A stretch of 64,000 nt of DNA, taken from NCBI RefSeq assembly GCF_018977255.1, contig NW_024704742.1, forward strand, positions 85,128,001 through 85,192,000, read 5' to 3'. A program made the translations under genes and the position numbers. This document shows positions 50,860-64,000 of this stretch, in pieces. This stretch comes from Callorhinchus milii. Lineage: Eukaryota. The notes beneath the pieces were generated by a model. It saw nothing but the letters and a program-made list of their open reading frames with translations, did not search any database and was not told where the DNA came from. Numbering within the stretch: the stretch's first letter is position 1; every line of letters starts with the position of its first letter.

Positions 50860-51879
50860 CTATAAACGAAAGACAAGAGAGAAAAATGTTCAAATTTATC
50901 AGGAAAACTCTGGGAGCAAATAATCAGCCCATTTTCTCAACCAGGAAGTGGGATGTGGCACGAGTTAATACAATGGAAAATAGGGAATAAAATCTCTTAA
51001 AAGAAATTCCTGAATTCATAAAAAAATTCAAGAGAAAACAAATTTTAGTGCTATCCCCCTCCTCCTGTTTTTTCCCTCAAAATAAGAATATGATGAATCA
51101 AACATACAATTTCCAAGGGACACCTCAAATACAATGACTCCTTTCTATTTTCTCAAAATCAGTCACTTGTTAACTTTCAAAACATAACATAGACACAAAA
51201 GATGCTTTATTAAATAACCAGTGCAGTTATTTTTCCACAAAGTCACTATCACGAGCTACACACTTGTGCCAATGTGGAACCAGTGCCAGTATGTCGTTAC
51301 AGTAAAATGGCCTTTCTGGTTTCCTTGTGAAACACGGTTAATACTCGTGAAACCCACCAAGAACAAACTTTAGAATAACCAAGGTCACCAATACTCATCT
51401 GTATGGCATGATGACCGATACGAAGACTCTCACTCAACTCACACTTAGTGTTGCGTCGGTCTTTGCAGCTCAGTTTATCAACTGTCTGTGATATTCTCTT
51501 TATTCATGACTGTTGCCGTCCACCTGCTGCAAGACCTATTTTGAAATTCACTTTCCACACAATTTACCTGGTATCTTACAGAACTTGCATCGACATATAA
51601 CTATCCATATACTTTAATCATGTAATGGTAAACCTCAATCGGAGAAATCCCCTCAGCTGTGAGAAGTTCAATTACTGCACTGCTTGCTCTCTGCTTAACG
51701 TGTGTTTCAATGTTAGGTACCATTTTGAACTGCTGTCTTGTGCCTTCATCTAATTAGAAGTAAACAAAACTTTCATAGCAGGGGATGTGTACGTTTTTCA
51801 TTACTGCACCACTTACCATCCTTCACAAAATAAATAGGAGGCAGTACTTTCGGGGTGTCCTTCATACATACAACACCAG

Positions 51880-52285
51880 TTTCAGCCAGGCTCCACTGGC
51901 TCCCCATCTCCGAACGGATCAACTTCAAGATCCTCACACTCGTGCTAAAATCCCTTCATTCTCTGGCACCTCCTAGCCTCTCCGACCTCCTCACTCCACA
52001 ATCCATCACCCGGCGCCTCTGCTTGACTGGCAACGGCCTCCTGCTCGTCCCTCGCACCATCCACTCCACCATTGGAGGTCGAGCTTTCAGCCACTGTGCC
52101 CCGAAACTCTGGAACACTCTCCTTCAATCCCTCCGCCTTGCTCCCTCTCTCCCCTTTTTCAAGCCCTGCCTGAAAACCTTTCTCTTCGACCGTGCTTATG
52201 GTCACACCACCCCCCACTACCCCCACTCCACCAGCTCGGAGTCAGGCTCTAAAGGGCACTATACAAGTGCAAGTTGTTGTTGTTG
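51880..52285 (+). mobile_element. L2 LINE 3' fragment
   Basis: RLHWLPISERINFKIL..GGRAFSHCAPKLWNTL plus (GTT)n. Confidence 0.9.
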
Positions 52286-52869
52286 TACATTGATCTAAAC
52301 ATCATCTATTAGGACTGTGAAATTAATGTAATCCTTTGTTTTTCTTCCAAATATTTCACTTCAACCTCAGTTAGACAATCATTCGAAATTTCAAAATGGA
52401 TGATGGTACGGTACCATCCTACTTGTTTATTGGCGAGAATTAAATGCAGTCTCACTCTAAATAATAATCCTTACATTTGATATAGCGCATTATCACATCG
52501 TTGAGACGTGTCAAAGGGCTTCACAGAATATACTGTAAAGTGGGCTGTATATTTTGTGGCAAAACACAGCAGTGTCCCACAATAGTCGTTCATTTTTTTT
52601 TAAAAAAGAGTTCTCCTTCGAGATTGAACATTTCATTGTCATGTTTTATGAAACAATAAGAGATACTTTGATTGTATACAACAGGCTGAGTAGTTTCTAA
52701 AATTAAAAACACTGAATAGTTTTTTTAAAAAATCACCTGAGCGATCCAGTCTGTAATATTCAGCATTTCCTATTTGCTCACATGAACACACTCTTAGAGT
52801 CAGAGTGTCTCAATTTGTAGAAATTTCATTACAAACAGAGGCCCATCAAGCCTTCAACTGCATCTGCCG

Positions 52870-53230
52870 CTAGTATGCTCATTTTGCTAAGTATCTTATG
52901 TCCTCCTGTAGTTTCCTCCATTCATTCGTAGTTTGCCAGATCGCTAATTTAGTATAATCATCAAACTTAGAAAACATTCCCCCTATGCCCACTTCAAAAT
53001 TGCTATAGATGGAAAAACAATAGAGATCCAAGCATAGACCCCTGAGGTAGGCCACCAGCTACATGCAGTTAATCGGAGAACTATCCATTTATTCCCTTTT
53101 CCCTGCATTCTGTCTTTTAACCATAAATCTTCCCAGGCCACCAATTTACCTTTAATGCCATGTGCTTTAATTTGTCGTATGAGACAAATGTCTACTGAAA
53201 TTCCATATACATTTACAGGATAACCCTATT
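52870..53230 (-). mobile_element. CR1 RT fragment, old
   Basis: PQGSMLGSLLF and SKFDDYTKL (the KFADDTKL motif). Confidence 0.65.
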
Positions 53231-54100
53231 ACAACACCACCAACAACATTTAAATAGTGTCCTTCATGTGAGATAGCACCTCGGGTTGCTTAACAGAGGC
53301 GGAGGTTGACGGACGACGAGCCAGGTGGAGTGAGGAGATGACTGTAAGCACTGTTGAAGAGGAAGGTCTTCAGGAGTGAATTTGAAAAAGAGGAAGGAGG
53401 GTCAAGGAGGAGGTAATGAGAGAGAGTGGAGAGGACAAGAGACAAGAGACAAGCAGGTGGCCGGAGTGGGTAGTAAGCAGGTCGGAGGTGCTAGGGAATA
53501 AAGGGATTTGTAGATGAGTGTGAGGATTTTAAAGTTGATCTGTTCTGTATTTGGGATGCAGTGCAGCCTGGCGAGGACTGGGGTGATGGGGGTTTATCGA
53601 TAGTGGAGCTGGGGAAAACAGCAAGCAAGGCTTTGGAATAGTCGAGTTGGGAGGTAACGAAGGCGTGGACAAGGGTCAGAGGCGGGCAATGTGATGGACG
53701 TGGAGGAAAGGGGTCTTGTTTAGGGACCGGATGTAGGGTAGGAAGGACAGATGGGGATCAAACCTGACACAAAGGTTACTTACAGGTTTGATTAATCTTA
53801 GGAAAAGGCCGGGGAGGTCAGAGCCACAGGAGAGAAGATGTTGACAGAAGCCAAGAAGTACGGCTTCCGTCTTGTCTCCTGCTTGACTCTGCTAACTGCT
53901 ATTTTCGTTTGTGCTCATCCAGGCCTTGATGTCTGACAAACAAACTAACAGAACATCTAGAGTTGTAGCTGGATGAAAAGTAGATTTGTGTGTCATCCGC
54001 ATACATGTGGAAGGTTACCCTGCAGATGACATCGCAGAGAAGGAGCATGTAAATGAGGAAAAGGAGACCAAGGATGGAGCCTTGGGATACACCAAGGGGT
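53230..54100 (-). mobile_element. L2 LINE fragment, old
   Basis: GVSQGSILGLLFLIYML..FHMYADDTQIY. Confidence 0.8.
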
Positions 54101-54784
54101 GAAACCACTTTAGCTGCATATTGTGATTGCCACATACAAAAAAAATCTATTGAGCGAATCAACCAGGACCTTCTCTTTGCAGGTCATTGGTTCCTGCATA
54201 AACCAGTATTCTCTGTTAATTCACATACATAGAAATCACAGATTGCTTGATTGATGGGTTTATACCATGCTTTTCGTGATGATTTTTGCTATATGCATCA
54301 AAGTTAAGCAGTGCAAATCCAAAAGGTAATTGTACTGAAGCCCGACTCCTGAGCCTTGAAAATAGCAGTTAGCAGAGTTCTGCATATACACCTGCTTATG
54401 CAATTGGGAGCAATAAATATAAATCAGGTTTCACTTTACAGCTAGAAGCGATATTGCTTCACCCTCAGGAGTAACAACTGAGTGCAATAATAATATTTGA
54501 TATAGCACCTTTCACCTCAGGAGAACATCTCAAAGAGTTTCACAGGATTTACTGCAATGCATAGTGACTGTTTTGTGGGGCAACACGGCGGCCAATTTGT
54601 GCGCAGCAATGTCCTACAAACAGCCATGAAGTGAATGACCAATTTTATTCAGGGGATTGTTGGCCAGGACACTCGGAAAAACTCCTTTCTAATTGACCAG
54701 GCAGTCGAGACATTTGTTTAATTTCTCATCCGAAGGATGGCGCTTCAACAGCCTAGACTGTGAGTTCAAAGTCCCAACGTGGGG

Positions 54785-55310
54785 CTCCCTCCACAGGCTG
54801 CAGAAAATCCAGAACTCTGCAGCCCATGTTCTCTCCCACACCAAACTCCGTGACCCCATCTCCCCCACTCTCGCCCGACTCCATTGGCTCCCTATCCATC
54901 AGAGGATTCAGTTCAAGATCCTGGTCCTCACCAACAAAGCCCTCCATGGCCTCTGCGACCTCCTAACCACATACCAACCCGCCCGCTCCCTCCGCTCAGC
55001 TGGCACTGGCCTGCTCCACGTCCCCCGACCCAACCGCCCCACCATTGGCGGGAGAGCCTTTAGCCACTCTGACCCCAAACTCTGGAATTCCATCCCCCAA
55101 TTACTCCGCCTCACCCATCTTAGCCTCCTTCAAATCCCGCCTCAAGACCCTCCTCTTCGACCATGCCATCGGCCACCCCCCTTCCCCTCCCCTCCCTTCT
55201 CCACTCCTGACGCAAGCTCGGGTCTGAAATACTGTACACTGTCCAGCGCCTTGGGACGTCCTCCCGACATGAAAGGCGCTATACAAATGTAATCTTCTTG
55301 TTGTTGTTGA
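54785..55310 (+). mobile_element. L2 LINE 3' fragment nested in an old SINE
   Basis: SLHRLQKIQNSAA..LHWLPIHQRIQFKIL plus tail. Confidence 0.92.
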
Positions 55311-58172
55311 ATCTACAACCCACTCAGATCCTGACTCAGAAGTAAGAGGGCTACCAACTGAGCCAAAATATGTACCAACTGATGTAAAAGGTAAACAGTA
55401 CTAACTTTACCATTGATCCGTTGCTGTATCAGCAAACAGTTCAAATAGTCACATTTCTGTTATTTGTACAGATCGGGGAGAAAGTATAAAGATGCCACTA
55501 ATCCAGACTACTCACAAGATCATCCTCATTGCTCTCCTCTACACTGCCTCTAGGGTTTTGGGCTGTCTCCTTATACCGCAGTGAGCAGAACTGCATGCAG
55601 TACTCTTAGGTTTAGTCTAAGCAGTAAAACTGAGAAAGCACTAAAACTGGAGTGTTAGAGAGAAACTGAAGGAAGAAAACGAATGAACAAGCAAAATTTT
55701 GTACTAAGACAGATAAATCACTTGGAATGACCCTTAAAATACATGGTGGTTTTCACAGGAGTGAGTTTGTTCAAAGAACTCAGCTGCAATATATTGCACT
55801 CCCCAATATAGAGCTCATACTGGATCTTGTACAATAATTTTCTGACCAACTCTCCTTAATATCACGCTCATCTAAAAGATTACCGCTCAATTTGTGTCTA
55901 AAGAAAGCTTTGAGGTGTACAATACTGGTGTGAAGTATCAATGACTATCACTGGTGATAGGTACAGTCTGAGTTAAAGACCCCAGAGCACCACACAAGAA
56001 CAGTCTCACACATTAAAGCATAGGCTAGAGTGCAGTGTCCTGCAGTCATGTATTGGTAACAATATGCTAAATATGGCAGGGTGAAAACCACAAACACATA
56101 TTCATTAAAAAATAGAATCTGAAGATGTAGAATCTTCTTGAGACAACCAAATTATTCAAATATTTCGAATTCCAGCTCTGAGTTACTCGTGGTTTGGGGC
56201 AAATCCATGTGCAAAGTTAGTGATTCTACAACAAACTCTGGTCTAAGTGCACGTCCCAGTTACCATTCATTATTAATATTTTGCAGTTTTTCCACCATTA
56301 ATGCATCAAACACTTAACTGAACATGGAAGACCATTTAGTTATGGATTCTAAACAGGATGCTTATCATAAGAAGAAGAATATGAAGCAGCCCTCTCCCCT
56401 ATAAGATGTTTCCTTTTTAGTTAGCCAAACTGTAAGTGCTTTTCTATTTGAAGAACCAAGTATGCTACAGGTTAAATGCAATCTTGAAATGTATTAGGTC
56501 TCGTATGAAATGCACAGTGCAAACTGAAGGTACACCAACCTTTAGAGTTGGGGTGCTTTATCCATGTGTATGCGATCTAAAAGAGAACATTAACAATGAA
56601 GGCTAAAAATATTAACGAATGTAAAGCAAATCTGTCCAACTTCAGAATGTGAAGTGCAAATGCATTAAAAGCCTTGAAAAATAACCCAGTGCAGCTCGTA
56701 CCATGGATATTACATCATACAAGTCGTACAATTGTACTTCAATGTGAAGATCGTACTTGTGTTTTATAAAGCTGTATGATGGTGTACCAAGGGAAGGCTG
56801 CAATGAATAACTGTGCAGCAGGTGTTTACCTCTGTGGGGAAGTCTATATAGTAACAATGTTCTGCTCTGAACTACCTAATGTTCTGGAGACACCTAGAGG
56901 TGGATAACATCATCCGAACACATTTATAACTAGATTATGCTATAGTTTCTACAGACAAATAAAATTTGTCACCCACTTCATCCCAAATGTTGGTGGGACA
57001 TTGCTGACGTTTGTCTATAAAATACATCAATTTATAGTAGTTCTGTGAAGTGCTTTGATGACTGCGTGATTAGGCACCATAAAACAAAACTTTTCTGAGC
57101 AGATTCTAGTAAGTAAATAACAGCTCCCATTTTGATTTTTAACCTCGGTAGGCAAATGCACAAATAAGATAAAAACCGGAACCATAGCAGATGCCAAATA
57201 CTGCCTCTATTGTTTCAGATCAGGAAGAGGAAATGAAGGGCTCCTGGCTATAGTTGTAATTCAATAGATCAACAAGATGAGTTCCAGAATCTGCTAAAAA
57301 ATTTAAGATAAATTTTGTGCAAATTAAAATAGAAAAGGGTCGATTTTGAAGGCTGACTGCTCCCTTTTCTCACATACTGTATAAATATTCTATGGAAATG
57401 AACATTTTACCACCACTTTAAAATTCTATATCTTTGAATTTGCCCTAAAACGTAACATTTAATTAGAATTTTTCAATTTTGTGCTCCTGGATATCTTACA
57501 ATGACCTCACACGGAACCCAATCCCCGATCACTCACCAAACATAAACCGTCCCCTCTCCCATTCATCAACTAAACACAAAACCCCTCCCAATCACTTACT
57601 GAACACAGACCCCACCCCCCACTATCACTCATCAAACGTGGACCTTTCCTCCTGATCAATCATTAAATTCACTCACCCGTTCTAAACTCCATACTCCCAT
57701 CACAGCAGAGCTCGGCAGGCTCCACCAACTCCCTATAACAGATCGGATCAATTGCAAGATTCTCACACTCGTCCATAAATCGCTTCATGCACTGTCACTT
57801 CCCTAACTCTTCGACTGACTCTGGCCTCCTGCTTGTCTCTCGTATCCTCCACTCCACCATTGGCAGTCATGCCTTCAGCCACTACATCCCAAAACTTTGG
57901 AACTCTCTCCCTCAATTCCTTGTCCCTCCTTCCCCTTTTTCAGATCACAGCTGAAGACCTTCCTCTTCGACTTTGCTTATGATCACCTCCTCCCTTTCCA
58001 CAGCTCGGCGTCAGGCTCCACCACTGTTAAGCGCCTCAAGATGCTACCCCGCATGAAAGACGCTATATAAATGCAAGTTGTTGTTGTTGTAAATACATAC
58101 ATCTCTCACTCACTTATTAAACTCTCCCCAGTAACCCTTTAAACACAGACCCCTCTCCCTGATCTCTCACTA

Positions 58173-60334
58173 AACAACAACAAGATTGCATTTATAGAGC
58201 GCCTTTCACGTCGGGAGGACGTTCCAAGGCACTGGACAGTTGGGTCGGGACCCGAGCAGCGGGGAAATGGTCAGGGTGAGGGGAGGGAGTAGAGAGTCGA
58301 GAGGGGAGCTGAAGGCACGGCTGAAGAGAAAGGTCTTGAGACCGGCCTTGAAGGAGGAAAGGGAGGAGGCGGCGAAGGCACTGGGGGATGGAGTTCCAGA
58401 GCCTCGGGGCTGAGAGGCTGAAGGCCCGGCCACCGATGGTAGGGCGGTTGGAGCGGGGGTTGTGGAGCAGACCGGAGCCAGAGGAACGGAGGGTACGGGC
58501 AGGTAGGTAGGGGGATAGTAGGTCGGAGAGGTAGGAGGGAACAAGGCCGTGAATGGTCTTGTAGGTGAGGATGAGGATCTTGAATTCGATCCTCTGGGGG
58601 ATGGGGAGCCAGTGGAGGCGAGCGAGGGTGGGAGTGATGTGGTCCCGAAGCCTGGTGCGGGACAGTACACGAGCTGCAGAGTTCTGAATGACCTGCAGCT
58701 TGTGGAGGGAGATGGCGGGAAGACCGACGAGGAGAGAGTTCCCATAGTGGACCAGAGTTTCAGCGGCGTGAGGGGTGAGGTAATGCCGTAGTCTGGTGAT
58801 ATTCCGGAGGTGATGGAAGGCGGTGCCAGTTGTGGTGCGGATATGAGGGAGAAAGGACAGCTCAGGGTCGAACAGAACACCGAGGTTCCTGACGGCTTTG
58901 AGAGGTGGAGAGTGCAGCCTTGGATGCTGATGCTGTCAGCGCCTGAGGTGCGGAGGCGCTGACGCGAACCAATGAGGAGGGCCTCAGTTTTGCGCATATT
59001 GAGCTGAAGAAAGTTGTCTCTCGTCCAGGACTCGATGTCGGACAGACAGCTGTCAGGACATCGGTGGTCGTGGAGTTGAGGGTAGACGAGGAAAGGCAGA
59101 GTTGGGTGTCATCCGCAAACATGTGGAAGTTAACCCCATGTCTGCGGATGATGTCACCACAGGGGGAGCGTATAGAGGGTGAAGAGGAGGGGACTGAGGA
59201 CAGAGCCTTGAGGGACACTGCACGAGACAGTGCGGGGGGTGGAGGAAAAGCCGTTTTCAGAGACAAAATGAAGACTGTGGGAGAGGTACGACCTAAACCA
59301 CTCAAGGATAGGACCTTGAAGGTTGAGGTGGGAGGACAAGCGGTGGAGGAGGATAGAGTGGTCGACCGTATCGAATGCGGCCAATAGGTCGAGGAGGATG
59401 AGGAGGCAGAGGGAGCCCTGGTCGCAGATGGTCAAGATGTCATTGGTGACCTCGACCAGGGCGGTTTCCGTTTTATGGGCAACACGGAAACCCGACTGGA
59501 GGGGTTCGAAAAGTGAATGGGTGGAGAGGAAAAAGCGCAGCTGGGAAGCGACGACTCTTTCGAGAACCTTGGACAGGAAGGGGAGGTTGGAGATGGACGG
59601 GCAGCTTGATAGCTGCGACACATCAAGGTTGTTTTTTTCAATGTGGGAGTGATGGTGGCAGTTTTGAGGGGAATGGGAACAGAGCCAGAGGAGAGGGACA
59701 GGTTAATAGTGTCTGTGAGAAGTGGGGCAAGGAGGTGGAGCTGGGAGATAAAGAGTGGAGTGGGGATGGGGTCAAGGTGGTGGGTTTCAATGACAGGATG
59801 AGTTTGGTGACAGAGGGTGGAGAAAAGGGTTCGAAGGTGTGTAGGGGAGGATGGGTAGGAGTCGGAGTGTGGGAGGGAAGGGGTGGAGGGTGGGTGGAGT
59901 TTGGAGGGGCAGTGACCGCGGAGCGGATTCCCTTGATTTTGGATTCAAGGAAAATCCAGCATCTCCTCACGGTGAAGGTTGGAAGAGATGACCTGCGCGG
60001 GGTGGCGGGGGGGACGGAGGAGTCGGGATGTGGTGGAGAACAGAAGCCTGGGGTTGTTCTTTGCCTCCAGGATTATCCTGGAGTAGAAGGACGACTTGGC
60101 CGAGGCTAGAGTGGAGCGGAGGATTTTGAGGAGGTCCAACCAGATTTGGTGTTTTGTAGTCCGATGTGGAGGGAGCGGTTGACAGAAGGGTGTGTGGGGA
60201 GGGAGGGGTGTCCAGGTTGTGAGGCAGGGGTGGGGGGGATGGGGATGAGGGAGGAGAGGTTGGCTCCCCGGGTCTGTGTCCGGAGTGGCTGGCGAGTGTG
60301 GTGGGGAGTGGGGCAGTCGGTGTGGCGACTGCCC
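58173..60334 (-). mobile_element. Longest L2 LINE copy (RT to 3' end), frameshifted, endonuclease apparently deleted
   Basis: PISNLPFLSKVLERVV, QSGFR, LLDLLAAFDTVDH, VPQGSVLSP, FHMFADDTQL, plus (GTT)n tail. Confidence 0.95.
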
Positions 60335-60613
60335 CACAGACCCCTCTCCCTGATCACTCACTAAACACAGACCCCTCTCCCTGATCACTCACTAAACACA
60401 GACCCCTCTCCCTGATCACTCACTAAACACAGACCCCTCTCCCTGATCACTCACTAAACACAGACCCCTCTCCCTGATCACTCACTAAACACAGACCCCT
60501 CTCCCTGATCAATCACTAAACACAGACCCCTCTCCCTGATCACTCACTAAACACAGACCCCTCTACCTGATCACTCACTAAACACAGACCCCTCTACCTG
60601 ATCACTCACTAAA
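60335..60613. repeat. 31-bp minisatellite (CACAGACCCCTCTCCCTGATCACTCACTAAA) x9
   Basis: Counted directly; one more unit at about 58144-58174 and degenerate units at 57510-57680. Confidence 0.95.
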
Positions 60614-62029
60614 CATGGACACTCACCCCCCCATCACTCATTACCCACAGACCTCCACCCAGATCATTGACTATGCCAAATATTTTTTTCGCATTTATAA
60701 ATTTTCAGAAAATTGGAAGCTCCAACACAAACTCAAACATTAACACCAACATTTGCTTGGAAATGAAATTGCTGCATTTACACTTCCAGTAAGATAAGAG
60801 ATGAGATTGGCAATAGTTTAATACATTCAGGGCAAGTGTATAAATGCTAAAATATACATTTTCATCTTGTAATGCAAGTAATGTTAAAATATATAAATAC
60901 TGTAACAAAGAAATTTAATAATTTAATGCCAGAAGATGGATTATATGCTTCTTTATTGCTTCCTTTCAAATCAGAGCCAGAAAGAAAGCCATTAGGTTTC
61001 CGGGTAACAGGATAATGGATCAATTTAAGTGAATTTCAAGAAACTAATCCCATCAAGGGGTTCAAATGACGTCAGAAACTATGAGTAAAGCTACAGTCAA
61101 TTACAATTGTTTTCTGAATCCAAATCCTGAGATTGTATTAATGCCTTAAATTCATAACGAGATCCGTGTTTTGGTTTATAATGCATAGTACTGTACACTG
61201 CATTATGTGAAAAGAATTGCAGTGTTACCAGCTGTTTTTAAATCGTACAGAGGTTCAAACTTCTCTACCATTCTAGTTTAATGGTAACTGCAAAACTCCC
61301 AAATAAATTGGACAAACTGCAGATGAGTAAAATTCCTTCGTAAAGAAGAAAGTAACAACATTTCCCCAGCTGCTAGAGGGACAGACAAAATAAGACTTGG
61401 CACAACTTCCATTTTAGACGAGAGGCCATCAGCAGTCATGATTAGTAGTGTTCAGGGCTCTCGTTTACAAAATGAAAATGCGTGATAGTAAATGGGCATC
61501 ATGAGTTTCCACATAAGTACAGTGCACGTGGCCTTCCATAATCACCAGAAAGCTAACCTTCAAAATCTGACACAATCCTGATTTTTATTATTCTTCAAAC
61601 AAAGCTCCGCCTGTCTGTGGATTCCCTTTTCAAAATTTTGTTAACACTACAACCCTGTTTTCTTCACACTAAAATCAGTGTCCTTCGTAAAGACTGTGCA
61701 CCAGATTTATAGCCATAAACTGTTAATTACGTACATCAGGGACAATATTGACTGCACGCACTGCACTTAGCTTTGTTCCAGTTTCAGCTTCCTAGTGTTA
61801 CCACAACTCTGCACCTGGGAGTTTTTTAAAAATTGTTTACTTTTTATTTTCCAAAATAGAAGGCAAGAAACTTACAAGAGCTCTATTGTTGAACACAGCG
61901 ATGCTTTTCATCTTGTGTTAGGCAACCATTTTATTCCAAATACACCACAAAAACTTCACAACACCCAAGTTGAGAAGAGAAGCTCCATCCAAAGAGTAGA
62001 ATCCTATGGACTGATGCATGAAAACAATA

Positions 62030-62320
62030 AACAACAACAACTTGCGTTCATATAGTGGCCCTCACGCAGGGCAGCGGTGACAGTGTTGGAGCACAATGCA
62101 CGAGAGAAATCTTCAGGCGCAACCTAAAGATGGGAAAGGAAGGGGAAAGGCGGAGGGATAGAGCAAAAGTGTTCACAGAGTTTCGGGGTGCAGTGGCTGA
62201 AAACATGTCCATCGATGGTGGAACAGAGGTCACGGAGGCCGGAGCCAATGGAGCGAAGGCAGTGGATAGTGGTTTGGGAACTAAATAGGTCAGGGAAGGA
62301 GGAAGGTGCCAGGGCATGAA
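62030..62320 (-). mobile_element. L2 LINE 3' fragment, old
   Basis: STIDGHVFSHCTPKL..FRLRLKISL plus (GTT)n tail. Confidence 0.75.
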
Positions 62321-64000
62321 GTATATACAATATAAACACATATATACAATATGCATATATAACAAAAGTTCTTGCCCTCCATTGCCATGGGTCAACCCTG
62401 CCTGCATTTACACACATTAGGAACAATCTACAATCTACAATTCTCTCACTTCCTACCATCTGGGTGGAACATACGAGTAGAGTAAATCACTAGCACTGGA
62501 AAATAACTACAATATCCAGAATTTAAATCACATCTTTATTTGTAAGTAAGTTACTACAAAGCTGCTTTGCTGAATACAGAAAGCTTAATAGATAATTACA
62601 CACCAGTTTTAACAGTAAACACATCATATCCACTGTTACAACTGATAAGTCTTATACACAAAGTTCCTTAGCTCGTGTTAGAAAAGGATGACACACTAAG
62701 TGGAAAATATCCCTTTTCGGCTCTACATCGCTGAACAATTCCAAACAAGATGAAAATGTAAATTTAGATGCAAGGCTGGCTCATTTACGAGCACTTTTGT
62801 CTCAGAGTTAGAAGTTTGTGGGTTGCAGCCCAATGTCACTACTTTGAGTTTAGAAAATATGGTGATGTTGTAGTGCAATGTTGGGAAGTGTTGCATTTTC
62901 AAATGTGGCTGTCCAGGTAAATGTTAAAGATCCCATGGTAATATTTGAAAAGAGAAGGGAGTTTCCCCCGATGTCTTGGCCAACAATTCCCCAGACTAAA
63001 ACAAAAGGGTCATTTGCTTCATGTATGTTTATGGGACATTGCTGTACGCAAATTGGCTGGCGTATTTGCCTACAGAGTACACAATCACACTTTACAAAAA
63101 CTTCTGTGAAATGCTCAGAGATGTTGACATGATAAGGCAAAGATTATTTTATTGTAAACACAATAGATTGACACATGCGTCAAAAATAACACACATACAA
63201 GGATCAAATTTACTAAAGCATTAGTGCAACAGAATAACGTAGCTCAACTTTCGGAAATCTGATATAATGTGGTGAAAACAATTTTATTCAATTATGCAGT
63301 GCAGAGATAGGAAATTGTGTTGATGCCCACAGTTCTCTAAATAAATTCCCAGTTCTTTACAATGTGGATATTCTGAATATCGTTTGACTTACTAAATGTT
63401 TTTTAATTTTTTTAAAAATAAAACATTCTCCCTCGCTAGCATTCAAATTCTCACATTGGTGACCAGACAAGTTGGTAACCTCATCCCAGATCTATGTAAT
63501 TACCACTTGAGTCTGAAACACCTATGACCATGGTCATGTCCCTCTCTCCTTTCTCCCCTTCTGCAGCCCTGCTACTGCACAGAGCTCAGAGATGGTATCT
63601 GCGAAGAGCGCTATATAAATGTTGTTTGCCTTCCTGTGAATTGTCAGGTTTCAATTTGAGGTTTTTCCTCCCCCACCCTGGCATTGAGCGAATTCAGCAA
63701 ATGGGAATCATGTGCAAAAATCTGCGACCTACTCTCTAGAGCACAGCAGATTATTTTTTCTTGAAAGATTCGCACAATAAAACTGGTTTAGTAACTGGCA
63801 AATGTCACCAGGCAAGAAGCTAACATCACCGGCTTATAACAACATCCAGTTCACTGGGACGTTATCAGAGGCAAGAGCAAATCTGAAGAACAACTTGTGA
63901 CAGCTTAGTGACAGAAAGCGACCTATTTTGGCTCATAACTATTATTAGAGAGGACTGTGATTTTGATCTTTGAAAGGTCATCTGTGCAGGACCCTGAAGA

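Noticed and set aside
51812..51830. ATG/GTAAGT on minus as the INIP first coding exon
   Set aside because: Phase 0, but the next exon needs phase 1, and it does not encode the MAAN-like N-terminus. The true exon is probably outside the window.

Overview
Vertebrate genomic DNA, very probably a cartilaginous fish (chimaera/elephant-shark type, judged from the repeat content: tRNA-headed Deu-domain SINEs, L2 LINEs with (GTT)n tails, shark-type CR1). Two conserved genes face each other, as in human 9q32. On + are the last two coding exons of KIAA1958, a domesticated Crypton tyrosine-recombinase/DUF3504 gene (1693-1859, 3282-4094). On - are three coding exons of INIP/SOSS-C (50859-50757, 48156-48066, 43538-43443; its short first coding exon was not found in the window). 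The 2.8-34 kb interval is a mosaic of local segmental duplications. It holds a truncated but splice-competent second copy of the KIAA1958 last exon (26235-26396), decayed exons of two unidentified convergent genes (about 14.7-19.6 kb), SINE insertions that differ between duplicates, and a degraded non-L2/non-CR1 non-LTR retrotransposon with a long, locally repeated 3' UTR. Most ORFs in the supplied track are LINE/SINE fragments or chance ORFs. No prokaryotic systems or CRISPR arrays are present. Identities were judged by eye, not computed, and repeat boundaries are approximate.
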